Source: a virus
Lineage: Duplodnaviria > Caudoviricetes
Virus record (IMG/VR): IMGVR_UViG_3300030109_004637
Coordinates: 1-62,021 of that record
Reading direction: 5' to 3' (one strand)
Length of the DNA stretch: 62,021 nt
Shown here: piece after piece, positions 29,253 through 37,544 of the stretch
Position numbering within the stretch: position 1 is the first letter of the stretch
Layout: the number at the start of each line of letters is the position of its first letter
Made by a program: the position numbers and the translations under genes
The notes under the pieces: generated by a model
Database searches by the model: none
The model's input: only the letters and a program-made list of their open reading frames with translations
What the model was told of the DNA's origin: nothing

Positions 29253-29426
29253 TTACTTCTTTTTCTTCTTCATCATCATAGCGCCATTTTTCTTCTTCAT
29301 CATAGCACCATTCTTTTTCTTCATCATTGGACCATTTTTCTTCTTCATCATAGGTCCGTTCTTCTTTTTCATCATGGGTCCATCATCTTTTTTTTTCATC
29401 ATTGGACCTTTCTTTTTTTTCATCAT
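29253..29426 (-). CDS. 57 aa tandem-repeat peptide, seven MMKKK-led units
   Basis: Manual translation MMKKKKGP MMKKKDDGP MMKKKNGP MMKKKNGP MMKKKNGA MMKKKNGA MMMKKKKK; synonymous variation between units. Confidence 0.75.
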   Translation of the reverse strand: MMKKKKGPMMKKKDDGPMMKKKNGPMMKKKNGPMMKKKNGAMMKKKNGAMMMKKKKK

Positions 29427-29446
29427 AACTATAATTGTTTAAATAT

Positions 29447-29737
29447 TTAAAATGTTTTAACTACTTTGGGGCCTTTTGTTGCCTCAAGTTTCTTATTGTA
29501 ATGTTCGATACTACCGTCAATAGCAGCTTCCGCGCCATCTAAGGTCTCTCTTCTTGTAACGTCGTACCAAACATCTTCATTGTCGATGTCTCGGTGCTCG
29601 GTTTGATAAAATCCATTAGGTAATTGTGTAATCCTCCAGTTGCTTTTTTTAGCAACATGCTTGAGTTTATTAATTACTTCTGGATTTATTTGTGTTTGGT
29701 TGTTCATTGTGTTTGAACGGTAATAAAAATAAGTCAT
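29447..29737 (-). CDS. Hypothetical protein
   Basis: NWRITQLPNGFYQTE...DVTRRET; start chosen at MTYFYY. Confidence 0.6.
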   Translation of the reverse strand: MTYFYYRSNTMNNQTQINPEVINKLKHVAKKSNWRITQLPNGFYQTEHRDIDNEDVWYDVTRRETLDGAEAAIDGSIEHYNKKLEATKGPKVVKTF

Positions 29738-29791
29738 GGTTTTTAAATTTACATGGTTAAACCGCAATATCGCGGGTTTTTTTAAGGTTTT

Positions 29792-29911
29792 TTACCTTTT
29801 AATATTTTTTTTGTCTTCAAGCATAGAGTTCATTAACCTTATTGATATAAATAATAAAGTTAATCCTATAATCATTGCTATAAAAGCGTCTTTTTCCATT
29901 AAAGCTGTCAT
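29792..29911 (-). CDS. Small single-TM protein
   Basis: MTALMEKDAFIAMIIGLTLLFISIRLM...; begins just after the upstream stop. Confidence 0.45.
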   Translation of the reverse strand: MTALMEKDAFIAMIIGLTLLFISIRLMNSMLEDKKNIKR

Positions 29912-29912
29912 T

Positions 29913-30134
29913 TTAACCCTCTTTTCTAGTTCCTTGGCCATCATTACCTCTGTTTTTAGCTGGAGTTTCCCATCTTTTGTCTTTATGATCCCAGTCCATA
30001 CCTTTTTTGCTAGGATTTGCTCTATGTCTACGCTGGTTTTCAGCTTTTTTTGCTCTTCTTGATGGTGTTTTAGCAAATGCTAAGTCTCTAGCAGCCTTAT
30101 CTCTTCTAGCTTGTGGTGATAATTTTTGTGCCAT
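29913..30134 (-). CDS. Small basic protein, first late-arm gene (degenerate HNH-like DWDH...NRG)
   Basis: 73 aa, R/K-rich. Confidence 0.6.
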   Translation of the reverse strand: MAQKLSPQARRDKAARDLAFAKTPSRRAKKAENQRRHRANPSKKGMDWDHKDKRWETPAKNRGNDGQGTRKEG

Positions 30135-30139
30135 AACAA

Positions 30140-30168
30140 TAATATTACATGTAAAATCAATTTTTTAA
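30140..30168 (-). promoter_or_regulatory. Putative late promoter TTAAA-N13-ATGTAAT
   Basis: Heads the late arm; matches the late motif. Confidence 0.5.
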
Positions 30169-30173
30169 AAAAG

Positions 30174-30220
30174 TATGACAATAGCCCCTTACTCTAATAC
30201 TATATATAGCTAATGTCACA
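30174..30220. promoter_or_regulatory. Dyad site 1 (TGACAATAGC...GCTAATGTCACA)
   Basis: Imperfect inverted repeat, recurring at 31629 and 38590. Confidence 0.7.
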
Positions 30221-30546
30221 GTTTAGATGTGTTGAAAATTTGTGTTATACTATATATATATGACAATAAAAAAATAAAAAAATGGTTTTCGTTTACCCGG
30301 GGCCCCTAATATGATACATATGCATGCAGATGTTTTTGCCTTTTATAAAAAAATTTGTAGAATATTTTAGGTATTGCCCAGGGGTGGGCCGTGTATAGCA
30401 TTCACAAACTAAATAATAGATATGATAGATAATATATATAAGTTTTTTTAAATAAATATTATTTTACTCACAATTATAATAATAATATATAGAGATAATA
30501 TAAATATAAATAAATAAATAAATTTTAAATTTAAATTAAATTAATT

Positions 30547-30783
30547 ATGACTACTAACAATGTAACAACAAAGCGATTCGTGATACGTAAAACATTAATT
30601 GGTACTAATACCATAATAACATTTACCACTAACAAAGGTAAGAAGGTTTCATATGATCACGATAAGGTTTATACTGCTCACAAGAAAAGGTTTGATAGTA
30701 TGCCATGTTTTGAGAAATATAAATCTTACACTAACACTAACAACTTACCTGTGTTTGTTAGGAATATGAAGGAGCTTGTTTAA
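30547..30783 (+). CDS. Early protein, paralog of 31774-32022
   Basis: Shares RF.I.K.LIG.NTIITF, HDKVY and MPCF.KYKSYTN.NNLP.FVRN. Confidence 0.8.
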   Translation: MTTNNVTTKRFVIRKTLIGTNTIITFTTNKGKKVSYDHDKVYTAHKKRFDSMPCFEKYKSYTNTNNLPVFVRNMKELV

Positions 30784-30795
30784 GCTTCTTCTTTT
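30768..30795 (+). terminator. Intrinsic terminator
   Basis: GAAGGAGCTT-gttt-AAGCTTCTTC followed by TTTT. Confidence 0.6.
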
Positions 30796-30864
30796 ACTCA
30801 CAATTAAAATAATAATAAATAAAGATTATATAATTAAATAAATTAAATAAATAAATATACTACT

Positions 30865-31116
30865 ATGATAAATTATAATAATAAGATGAAGGAGTTACTA
30901 GGTAACAATCTCGAGATGATGATTAAAAACAGAGCGTTTGATAGCTGCTCATACATTGATGAAGATAGAGATCAGATCTACTGCATAATAAAGCATACCT
31001 TCGATCTGTATAAGGATAATGACTTTGAAGATATGCTAGACGGTGCTGACGAAGTCAGTGAGTTGTATGACCGACAAACCGAACTATATGAAACGCAGCT
31101 ACTTTTTACTAAGTAG
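30865..31116 (+). CDS. Acidic early protein
   Basis: 83 aa; distant paralog of 31263-31529 (LDGA, ETQL). Confidence 0.7.
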   Translation: MINYNNKMKELLGNNLEMMIKNRAFDSCSYIDEDRDQIYCIIKHTFDLYKDNDFEDMLDGADEVSELYDRQTELYETQLLFTK

Positions 31117-31262
31117 TTGCTTCGGCCTGTGGGCTGTGTATAGTAACTCACAATTAAAATAATATATATAGAAGATTATATATATAATTAAAATAAATAA
31201 ATAATTAATACCAACAATAAATCAATTGGCGATTTTGCCGCAAAACCTTAAACCCCATAATT

Positions 31263-31529
31263 ATGGAGCCGTTTGAGTTGAAAAATCCTGCATCACCTGC
31301 AGGTATGTTAGTTGCTGAGTTTGGCAACTGTGTGTTTAATTTTCTGGATCATGAAGGTCTGCTAACTATCGAGTGCGAACGAGTGCACGATGGTAAGTTG
31401 TATGCGACTTTCACTCATGACCGTAGCTTATACGAGAATGAGGATTTCGTCATGATTCTGGACGGTGCTGAGGCTACCTCAGAAATGACCACCGACCAAG
31501 GCTGGATAGAAACCCAGCTAATAGCTTAA
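31263..31529 (+). CDS. Acidic early protein
   Basis: 88 aa, GC higher than the genome average, own promoter copy. Confidence 0.7.
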   Translation: MEPFELKNPASPAGMLVAEFGNCVFNFLDHEGLLTIECERVHDGKLYATFTHDRSLYENEDFVMILDGAEATSEMTTDQGWIETQLIA

Positions 31530-31628
31530 GCTAACTAGCTAAGCTGGCTAAGTAACCATTGCTCCCCGCAATGTGTATAGCAGACCTATGCCCTTTCGGT
31601 TGGAAAGTATACTTAACATATTTAACAC

Positions 31629-31676
31629 TGTGACAATAGCCTGTTACTCTATAATAATTAATAGCCTAATGTCACA
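31629..31676. promoter_or_regulatory. Dyad site 2 (TGTGACAATAGC...CCTAATGTCACA)
   Basis: Same arms and near-identical spacing as site 1. Confidence 0.7.
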
Positions 31677-31773
31677 CTTTTTTTTACTTGTGTATAGCAT
31701 CACAATCGAAATAATAATGGCTACAGATAATATATATAATTAAATTAAATTTTTAACTTAAACATATTTAACT

Positions 31774-32022
31774 ATGGCTACTACTAAAATTAAAACAACT
31801 ACTAAAACTACTAACAGGTTTATAATTGCTAAATCATTAATTGGCAAGAATACTATAATTACCTTTAAAAATAAAAAAGGTGATGACTGTACTTACAATC
31901 ATGATAAAGTATATAATACTTTAAAAGAAAGATTTGAAGCAATGCCATGTTTTCAGAAGTATAAAAGCTATACTAATTCCAATAATCTACCAAAGTTTGT
32001 TAGAAATATAGAATTTGCATAA
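31774..32022 (+). CDS. Early protein, paralog of 30547-30783
   Basis: Direct amino-acid similarity. Confidence 0.8.
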   Translation: MATTKIKTTTKTTNRFIIAKSLIGKNTIITFKNKKGDDCTYNHDKVYNTLKERFEAMPCFQKYKSYTNSNNLPKFVRNIEFA

Positions 32023-32028
32023 GTTTAG

Positions 32029-32069
32029 TAGTCAGGGAGTAAGGCCAGTGCCTGCTCTCTGCTATTTTT
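32029..32069 (+). terminator. Intrinsic terminator
   Basis: CAGGGAGTAAGGC-cagt-GCCTGCTCTCTG stem then TATTTTT. Confidence 0.55.
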
Positions 32070-32105
32070 CTATTAAATAATATATCCACTTTAAAAAAAA
32101 TAACT

Positions 32106-32228
32106 ATGAATGATTTTCCTTATGGTGATTTCCTAGTAGAACTAATGCTAGCAAATACCAAATTTACTTTAGAAGAAATAAATGAAATGACCAGAGAAGA
32201 AATTAACATGCACTTAGGTTATGACTAA
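32106..32228 (+). CDS. 40 aa acidic early peptide
   Basis: MNDFPYGDFLVELML...; A-rich leader with ACTATG start context. Confidence 0.5.
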   Translation: MNDFPYGDFLVELMLANTKFTLEEINEMTREEINMHLGYD

Positions 32229-32297
32229 TTACAAACATAATACGTTTCACTACAGATAATATATATAAATAAATTTTTAACATTTAAACATACCACT

Positions 32298-32429
32298 ATG
32301 CCTAATACTATCAAAGTTTTAACTTCTAAAAAAATATTAATTAATAATATACCTTATATTAAAATTAATTCCACTTTAGAATATAGAAAATATATAACTT
32401 ATAAAAACAACAACTATGCTATGGCATAG
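32298..32429 (+). CDS. 43 aa early peptide
   Basis: MPNTIKVLTSKK...; follows the promoter copy at 32230. Confidence 0.45.
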   Translation: MPNTIKVLTSKKILINNIPYIKINSTLEYRKYITYKNNNYAMA

Positions 32430-32448
32430 TTTTTAAACTAACAGAACT

Positions 32449-32655
32449 ATGATTAAAACACTCGCACTAGCAGCAATGCTTCACTCGCCACAGGTAGACT
32501 CAGTTTCATTTGTTAAGTCAGAAATAATAATAACACTCGAAGACTTATCTGAGTGGATGAGAAATGATATAGATAATGAAACTATAGATCCTCGACTAGC
32601 AGAAATATATATTGAAAACTTTAATAGATTAATTAAACAAGTGAAAGAACTATGA
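32449..32655 (+). CDS. Hypothetical early protein
   Basis: 68 aa ORF. Confidence 0.6.
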   Translation: MIKTLALAAMLHSPQVDSVSFVKSEIIITLEDLSEWMRNDIDNETIDPRLAEIYIENFNRLIKQVKEL

Positions 32656-32779
32656 AACAAGATAAATACTATCACCCAGTAACAAAAGTAGAGATGTCTC
32701 TAAAAGACTATATGGAACTTATGTTTGGTAAAGAGTTTATGAGCTCTACAGATAAAGGTACTTTAAAAGAATATAAACT

Positions 32780-33085
32780 ATGACAGACTTTGAAAACAAC
32801 TATATAGATGGTAAAGCACCATTTTATAAAAACCTTGCTAAAAACAAAACAATACTATATAATAATAAAAGTGTGTTTGTTGAAGAATACAATTTAATAG
32901 TAAGTAAAAGAGACTTTGGCCTTTACACTATAGGTTTAAAACCTAATGCTAAATGGAGTTTTAATGCAACAAAGAAATACTATGGTGTAAAAGGTAACAA
33001 AGACAAAGCATATGCAAGTATGCAGCAACTAGTAAAAGATTATAAAGAATTTAAGAGTAAACATTTAACATATGAAACTAACTGA
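32780..33085 (+). CDS. Hypothetical early protein
   Basis: 101 aa ORF. Confidence 0.65.
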   Translation: MTDFENNYIDGKAPFYKNLAKNKTILYNNKSVFVEEYNLIVSKRDFGLYTIGLKPNAKWSFNATKKYYGVKGNKDKAYASMQQLVKDYKEFKSKHLTYETN

Positions 33086-33272
33086 AAAAGAAAAAGAGAT
33101 ACTAGAGGTGGCACTAATCCAATACAAAGAAGAGTGCTATACACTTTGGCATGCAGGTAAAAAAGATACTGCAGAGTGGCAAGATCAAGCACTAATGATA
33201 GAAGCAATAAGAAGAAAAATGTACAAAAGTAAAACAGAGTACAAAGTAGATGTACCTGCACAATTTAAATAA
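33072..33272 (+). CDS. Hypothetical early protein
   Basis: 66 aa ORF. Confidence 0.6.
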   Translation: MKLTEKEKEILEVALIQYKEECYTLWHAGKKDTAEWQDQALMIEAIRRKMYKSKTEYKVDVPAQFK

Positions 33273-33295
33273 TATTAACTATGGATAATATAAAT

Positions 33296-33454
33296 ATGAA
33301 ACATAAAAAATCAAATGTTAATGTAACTAAGTTTGGCACACTAATACATTCACTAAACGATGGGTATTACTATACTGAAATAGTAGGTGTACATGCTGAA
33401 TCTCAAGACAAGTACAATGCAAAAATTAGATTTAAATATAAAAGTTATGTATAA
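33296..33454 (+). CDS. 52 aa early protein, tandem paralog of 33457-33621
   Basis: KKSN...YY...VGVHAESQDKYNAKIRFKY; manual translation. Confidence 0.65.
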   Translation: MKHKKSNVNVTKFGTLIHSLNDGYYYTEIVGVHAESQDKYNAKIRFKYKSYV

Positions 33455-33456
33455 TT

Positions 33457-33621
33457 ATGGATTGGCTTTGGGAAGATAAAAAGAAAAAATCAAATATGGT
33501 TATAACTTACGAAGGTAAGCTTGTACAATTTATAAATCCAATACACTATTATGAAGCGGTTGGTGTGCAAGCTAAATCTGAAGATAAACAAAATGCACAA
33601 ATAAAATTTATATATGAATAA
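33457..33621 (+). CDS. 54 aa early protein, tandem paralog of 33296-33454
   Basis: KKSN...YY...VGVQAKSEDKQNAQIKFIY; manual translation. Confidence 0.65.
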   Translation: MDWLWEDKKKKSNMVITYEGKLVQFINPIHYYEAVGVQAKSEDKQNAQIKFIYE

Positions 33622-33931
33622 TACAATTACAACTAAATATAAAGCCTACTACGTCGTAGCAAAATGGAATGATGCAGATGGCAACCCGCTCTTTACTACT
33701 TCAAAATTTTATCATAAAAAAAAGGCTGAAAAATTTGTTAAAGAAGCAGTACATAATCATGGTGTAACTTTTGAAATAGTAGAGATATGATAAACAAAGT
33801 AAAACACTCAGAGTGCTTAGACGCACTTGACTACTTGTCAGGTTATTTATGTGAGATGACAAGAGATAAAAAATACTACGTTTCAGTATTAATGAAGCGA
33901 GTGGCAAATGAATATAACATTAAACTAGAGT

Positions 33932-34336
33932 TTGAGGATGAAGCGCAATAAATATATGCTAGCACTGATCTTATGTTTACTAGTATCATACATGATATAC
34001 CTAAACAGAAGTACTACAGTATACAGAGTTATTGATGGTGATACATTTGTAACTAACAAAGGTGATAAAGTACGTATGATAGGTATTGATGCACCTGAGC
34101 TGCCTTCACTACAAGGTATAAAATCTAAAATGTATTTATACAACTTAATAAAAGATAAAACTATTACACTACAAAAAGATAATAACTTACATAATAAAGA
34201 TAAGTATGGTAGACTACTGCGCTATGTCTATTTAAATGGCAAAGATGTTAATCTACTAATGCTTAAACAAGGTTATGCAAAGCAATACAATTACTTTTAT
34301 TTTAATAAATTTAAACAATATAATAACTATGAATAA
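33932..34336 (+). CDS. Thermonuclease (SNase family) with N-terminal membrane anchor
   Basis: RVIDGDT, VRMIGIDAPE, DKYGRLLRYV, VNLLMLKQGYA. Confidence 0.9.
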   Translation: MRMKRNKYMLALILCLLVSYMIYLNRSTTVYRVIDGDTFVTNKGDKVRMIGIDAPELPSLQGIKSKMYLYNLIKDKTITLQKDNNLHNKDKYGRLLRYVYLNGKDVNLLMLKQGYAKQYNYFYFNKFKQYNNYE

Positions 34337-34703
34337 AGAACAAGAAATAAAAGAAAAGATCAATGATCTTACTAAACAAATAGAATATAATAACAATTCT
34401 AATGAGCGAATGCAAAATCAAATCAATTTACTAAAAGAAGATCTTATGATACTAGAAAAACCTAAAATGTTAGAAAGTGATCTTGAAATTATGGTTAAAG
34501 ATTTAGCTGAAATGGTGTCAACTATATTAGATTCAACAGCTGATAATATAAATGACTTCAATCCTGAGTTTCAAATAGGATATGATAATGAAGTTTCAAT
34601 ATCTAGTATAAACTTAGACTATGATGCTACTGTAGATATTCAAAGATATATTGAAGAGAGATTTGATATAATTGTACCTGACCAAACACAGAACACAAAT
34701 TAA
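34329..34703 (+). CDS. Acidic coiled-coil hypothetical protein
   Basis: Start chosen at MNKEQEIK. Confidence 0.6.
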   Translation: MNKEQEIKEKINDLTKQIEYNNNSNERMQNQINLLKEDLMILEKPKMLESDLEIMVKDLAEMVSTILDSTADNINDFNPEFQIGYDNEVSISSINLDYDATVDIQRYIEERFDIIVPDQTQNTN

Positions 34704-34751
34704 ATACGATTTACTACAGATAATATATATAAATAAATAAATAATAAACCT

Positions 34752-34976
34752 ATGGATACCACAACTTTAATAAACCTACTTCGGTGCCACGACTGGTACT
34801 ACCACTACAGTGACGATCACAGCAAATGGCTAAATGGTGTACAGTCACAGCGAGCTATTTATGATGCTATGGATGAGCTTGGCAACACTGATGCTGTAAA
34901 AGAATTATATTATAGTCATATGCCTAAGCGTTTACTTGATAAAATCAATAAAGCAAATGCTATACACGGCGAGTAA
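34752..34976 (+). CDS. Hypothetical early protein (HDWYYHYSDD motif)
   Basis: 74 aa, follows the promoter copy at 34694. Confidence 0.7.
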   Translation: MDTTTLINLLRCHDWYYHYSDDHSKWLNGVQSQRAIYDAMDELGNTDAVKELYYSHMPKRLLDKINKANAIHGE

Positions 34977-35090
34977 TATGCATAATAAAATAGAAAAAAT
35001 ATTATGGCGTATTGCTGGTTGGTTTGCCTTTGTAGTAGTATGCCTTATATACTACGCAGCTATAGCACCAATAATAAAATTAATATTTAA

Positions 35091-35339
35091 ATGATTAAAC
35101 CTGAATGGTATTTTATGGAACGTGAAAAACGATTAATAAGAATATACTCTGACATACAAGGTAGGTTGAGTATACTTCGCGAAGACTTAACAGTTGTAGA
35201 TAAAACACTAAAAAAACTGTTAGCTAACAAACCTATACATGTACAAGATATAAATACTGTACGTGATTTACTAGGTGATGATTTGTCTGAAAGATTACAA
35301 AAACTTGTAACAAGTGATGATTATCCTCAACGATTCTAA
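35091..35339 (+). CDS. Hypothetical protein
   Basis: 82 aa ORF. Confidence 0.6.
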   Translation: MIKPEWYFMEREKRLIRIYSDIQGRLSILREDLTVVDKTLKKLLANKPIHVQDINTVRDLLGDDLSERLQKLVTSDDYPQRF

Positions 35340-35342
35340 ACT

Positions 35343-35690
35343 ATGAAACTAATCAAAGTAAAAGACAACACACAAGCTATGTATTATCGGTTAAAAGATA
35401 ACCGTATAGGCGTAATATATCCTAAAACTGGTTATATTAGGGTAAGTCCTAGTTGGATTAATGATCCTGAGTGGCAAGAGTGGTATAAAAAAAGGCATGG
35501 TTCTCTGTATTACAGAGACAAAGTAATGTCTACTAAAAACCTAACTTTACACCAGATAAATCCTGTAAAAAAAGTAACATCACCAAATGGTAATTATACT
35601 TATGTTAGAATATTGTTTGAAGATATATGGAAAATGCAAGAATATTTAAAAGAGTATGAAAAAAAGAATTGTGTTGAACAAATTGCTTGA
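35343..35690 (+). CDS. Hypothetical protein
   Basis: 115 aa ORF. Confidence 0.6.
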   Translation: MKLIKVKDNTQAMYYRLKDNRIGVIYPKTGYIRVSPSWINDPEWQEWYKKRHGSLYYRDKVMSTKNLTLHQINPVKKVTSPNGNYTYVRILFEDIWKMQEYLKEYEKKNCVEQIA

Positions 35691-35800
35691 TATAACATCT
35701 TATATGTTAAACTTTATATTAAGAAAAAAATGGTTTAATATAGCAGATAAGTTAATGAAGTTCAGAAAAAAGTATATAATTAGGCGCTTATTAGATATAA

Positions 35801-36115
35801 ATGAATCCACATAAATATACTCTTACTGAAAAGCCATGCTTACAGTGTGGTAAGATGCACACAAGAAAAAAGTTTTGTTCACCATACTGTGGATCAAAGT
35901 ATAATGCAAACTATATGCGTAATACTATGGGTGTTGATGATCCAAGATTTTCATCAGCAAATATAAATTCTATAATTAAAGGTAAAGAATCACCTGTAGT
36001 AGATCATGGCTACAACTTTGTATTTTCAAGTAAAATAGAAGACTGGATAGGTAGTAGTACTAGGCGTAAAAGAGAGAGATATGCTGACAAAAGAAAAGCT
36101 AAACTAATAAAATAA
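35801..36115 (+). CDS. Zinc-finger protein
   Basis: CLQCG...FCSPYC. Confidence 0.65.
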   Translation: MNPHKYTLTEKPCLQCGKMHTRKKFCSPYCGSKYNANYMRNTMGVDDPRFSSANINSIIKGKESPVVDHGYNFVFSSKIEDWIGSSTRRKRERYADKRKAKLIK

Positions 36116-36116
36116 A

Positions 36117-36290
36117 ATGGAACAAAAGATACCGAAACAAATTGATACAATGTATTATAATGATTCTGAAACTAGAGTATGCAAATACAATTTTGTATTC
36201 TCTAATAAAATAAGAGACTGGATTTATAGTGCTCAAAGAGTAACAAAGAACGGTTACAAACACAAATTTAATACGACAATAGATGGATAA
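36117..36290 (+). CDS. 57 aa protein sharing YNFVFSxKIxDWI with the upstream gene
   Basis: Manual translation MEQKIPKQ...YNFVFSNKIRDWIYS... Confidence 0.6.
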   Translation: MEQKIPKQIDTMYYNDSETRVCKYNFVFSNKIRDWIYSAQRVTKNGYKHKFNTTIDG

Positions 36291-36297
36291 TATTGAT

Positions 36298-36501
36298 ATG
36301 GACGACGAACGTAATATAAAGTTAAATAAAAATTTTATGGTCAATGCTATTATAACAATGTCTCTTAGCTCAAATCATATGTCACTAGGTAACATAGATA
36401 ATGTTAAATACATGTATAAAAATATGACTATAGATGAAGTTAAAAAAGATTTTGAAAGATTAAAAGATGTATATAAAAACAGAAGTTATGAGAAAATTTA
36501 A
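36298..36501 (+). CDS. Hypothetical protein
   Basis: ORF after the promoter copy at 36261. Confidence 0.5.
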   Translation: MDDERNIKLNKNFMVNAIITMSLSSNHMSLGNIDNVKYMYKNMTIDEVKKDFERLKDVYKNRSYEKI

Positions 36502-36679
36502 TAGATATAAAGAGAATTTACGTATGCACGATAGTGCTATATGGAGTTATAATACTAAGGTTGCAACAATATCTGATGGTAAAATGATTGTACCAAAGTG
36601 GTACTCACAAACTACTAGCAAGCATATTAACTATGCAGCTAGTGAATTAGGCCTTAAAGTTATCAGAGAATATGAATAG
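36488..36679 (+). CDS. Hypothetical protein (SYNTKVA...WYSQTTSKHINY)
   Basis: Start chosen at MRKFNRY. Confidence 0.65.
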   Translation: MRKFNRYKENLRMHDSAIWSYNTKVATISDGKMIVPKWYSQTTSKHINYAASELGLKVIREYE

Positions 36680-37064
36680 CTTGCAGAATCAAGTATGTTC
36701 TAAACTTGAAATAGTAGTTTATAAAGATATAACTCAAGAACAAGTTAACGAGTATCATATACCATATGAAATTATATATGGTAGAACTGCTTGTTCAATA
36801 CCTTGTTATACGCTTAAAAAAACAAATGGTTTTTGTGTTCACAAAGATTTATATGTAGATAAAGATATATTTGATGCAAAAGTGTTAGATTTGTTTATAA
36901 CTTATTGGCCATTTAGTATACATATTGATACAAGGCTAATGCCAAGAAGTGAAGCTAAAGACCAATTGTATAGTTTAGATAATAATTTATGTGAAAAAAT
37001 ACTTAAAAAAGTAGAGTTTCTTGAAAATGATTATGAAAATCAATATCACAAGAGATTCTTATAA
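36672..37064 (+). CDS. Hypothetical protein
   Basis: 130 aa ORF. Confidence 0.55.
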   Translation: MNSLQNQVCSKLEIVVYKDITQEQVNEYHIPYEIIYGRTACSIPCYTLKKTNGFCVHKDLYVDKDIFDAKVLDLFITYWPFSIHIDTRLMPRSEAKDQLYSLDNNLCEKILKKVEFLENDYENQYHKRFL

Positions 37065-37107
37065 TACTATTTAGTAGTAGTAGTTTAGTTAGTTTAGTTT
37101 GATTAAC

Positions 37108-37195
37108 TGTAAGGTGGTGGAACAGGTAGACACGCCATCCTATCTCGATGGTGACAGCTTCGGTTGTCGTGGAGGTTCGAACCCTCCCCTTACAG
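37108..37195 (+). tRNA. Class II (long variable arm) tRNA-like gene, anticodon ATC (Asp-type), no encoded CCA
   Basis: Acceptor TGTAAGG/CCTTACA, D-arm GTGGAACAGGTAGACAC, anticodon stem CCATC/GATGG with loop CTATCTC, variable arm GACAGC-TTCG-GTTGTC, T-arm GGAGG-TTCGAAC-CCTCC, discriminator G. Confidence 0.85.
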
Positions 37196-37209
37196 CTAAC
37201 TTTATAGTT

Positions 37210-37317
37210 ATGAGATTATTAGCTTGGCAGTGCACATACTGTAATGCGTTTAATGCAATTGATAGAACTAAATGTGGTAAATGCAACAAAGAAAAAAAAG
37301 TAAAAATAGTATTTTAA
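37210..37317 (+). CDS. 35 aa RanBP2-type zinc-finger peptide
   Basis: WQCTYCNAFNAIDRTKCGKC fits W-x-C-x2-C-x3-N-x6-C-x2-C. Confidence 0.65.
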   Translation: MRLLAWQCTYCNAFNAIDRTKCGKCNKEKKVKIVF

Positions 37318-37544
37318 TATGCAAAGTTTTTTATTTATTTATGGAGTACTTATCATAATGATATTCAGTATGTTAGCATTAAATTGTTATCAAGACTGGT
37401 TAAATAAAAAGCAACATTTCATTGACTTTTTTGTTTTTGCTGTAATAGATATTATTACCATAATAGCTTTCATAGCACAGTTCACAAATTAAATACGATT
37501 ACTATAAGATAATATATTTATACAAACCGATTCAAATTTAAACC

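Noticed and set aside
29912-30076. Long version of ORF 29792-30076 overlapping 29913-30134
   Set aside because: Its start is non-ATG; a better start at 29911 follows the upstream stop directly
37071-37100. TAG/TAGTT microsatellite-like run before the tRNA
   Set aside because: Short low-complexity leader with no evidence of phase variation
37099-37209. N-terminal half of the 72 aa ORF 37099-37317
   Set aside because: It is the tRNA gene read as protein; the credible start is ATG 37210
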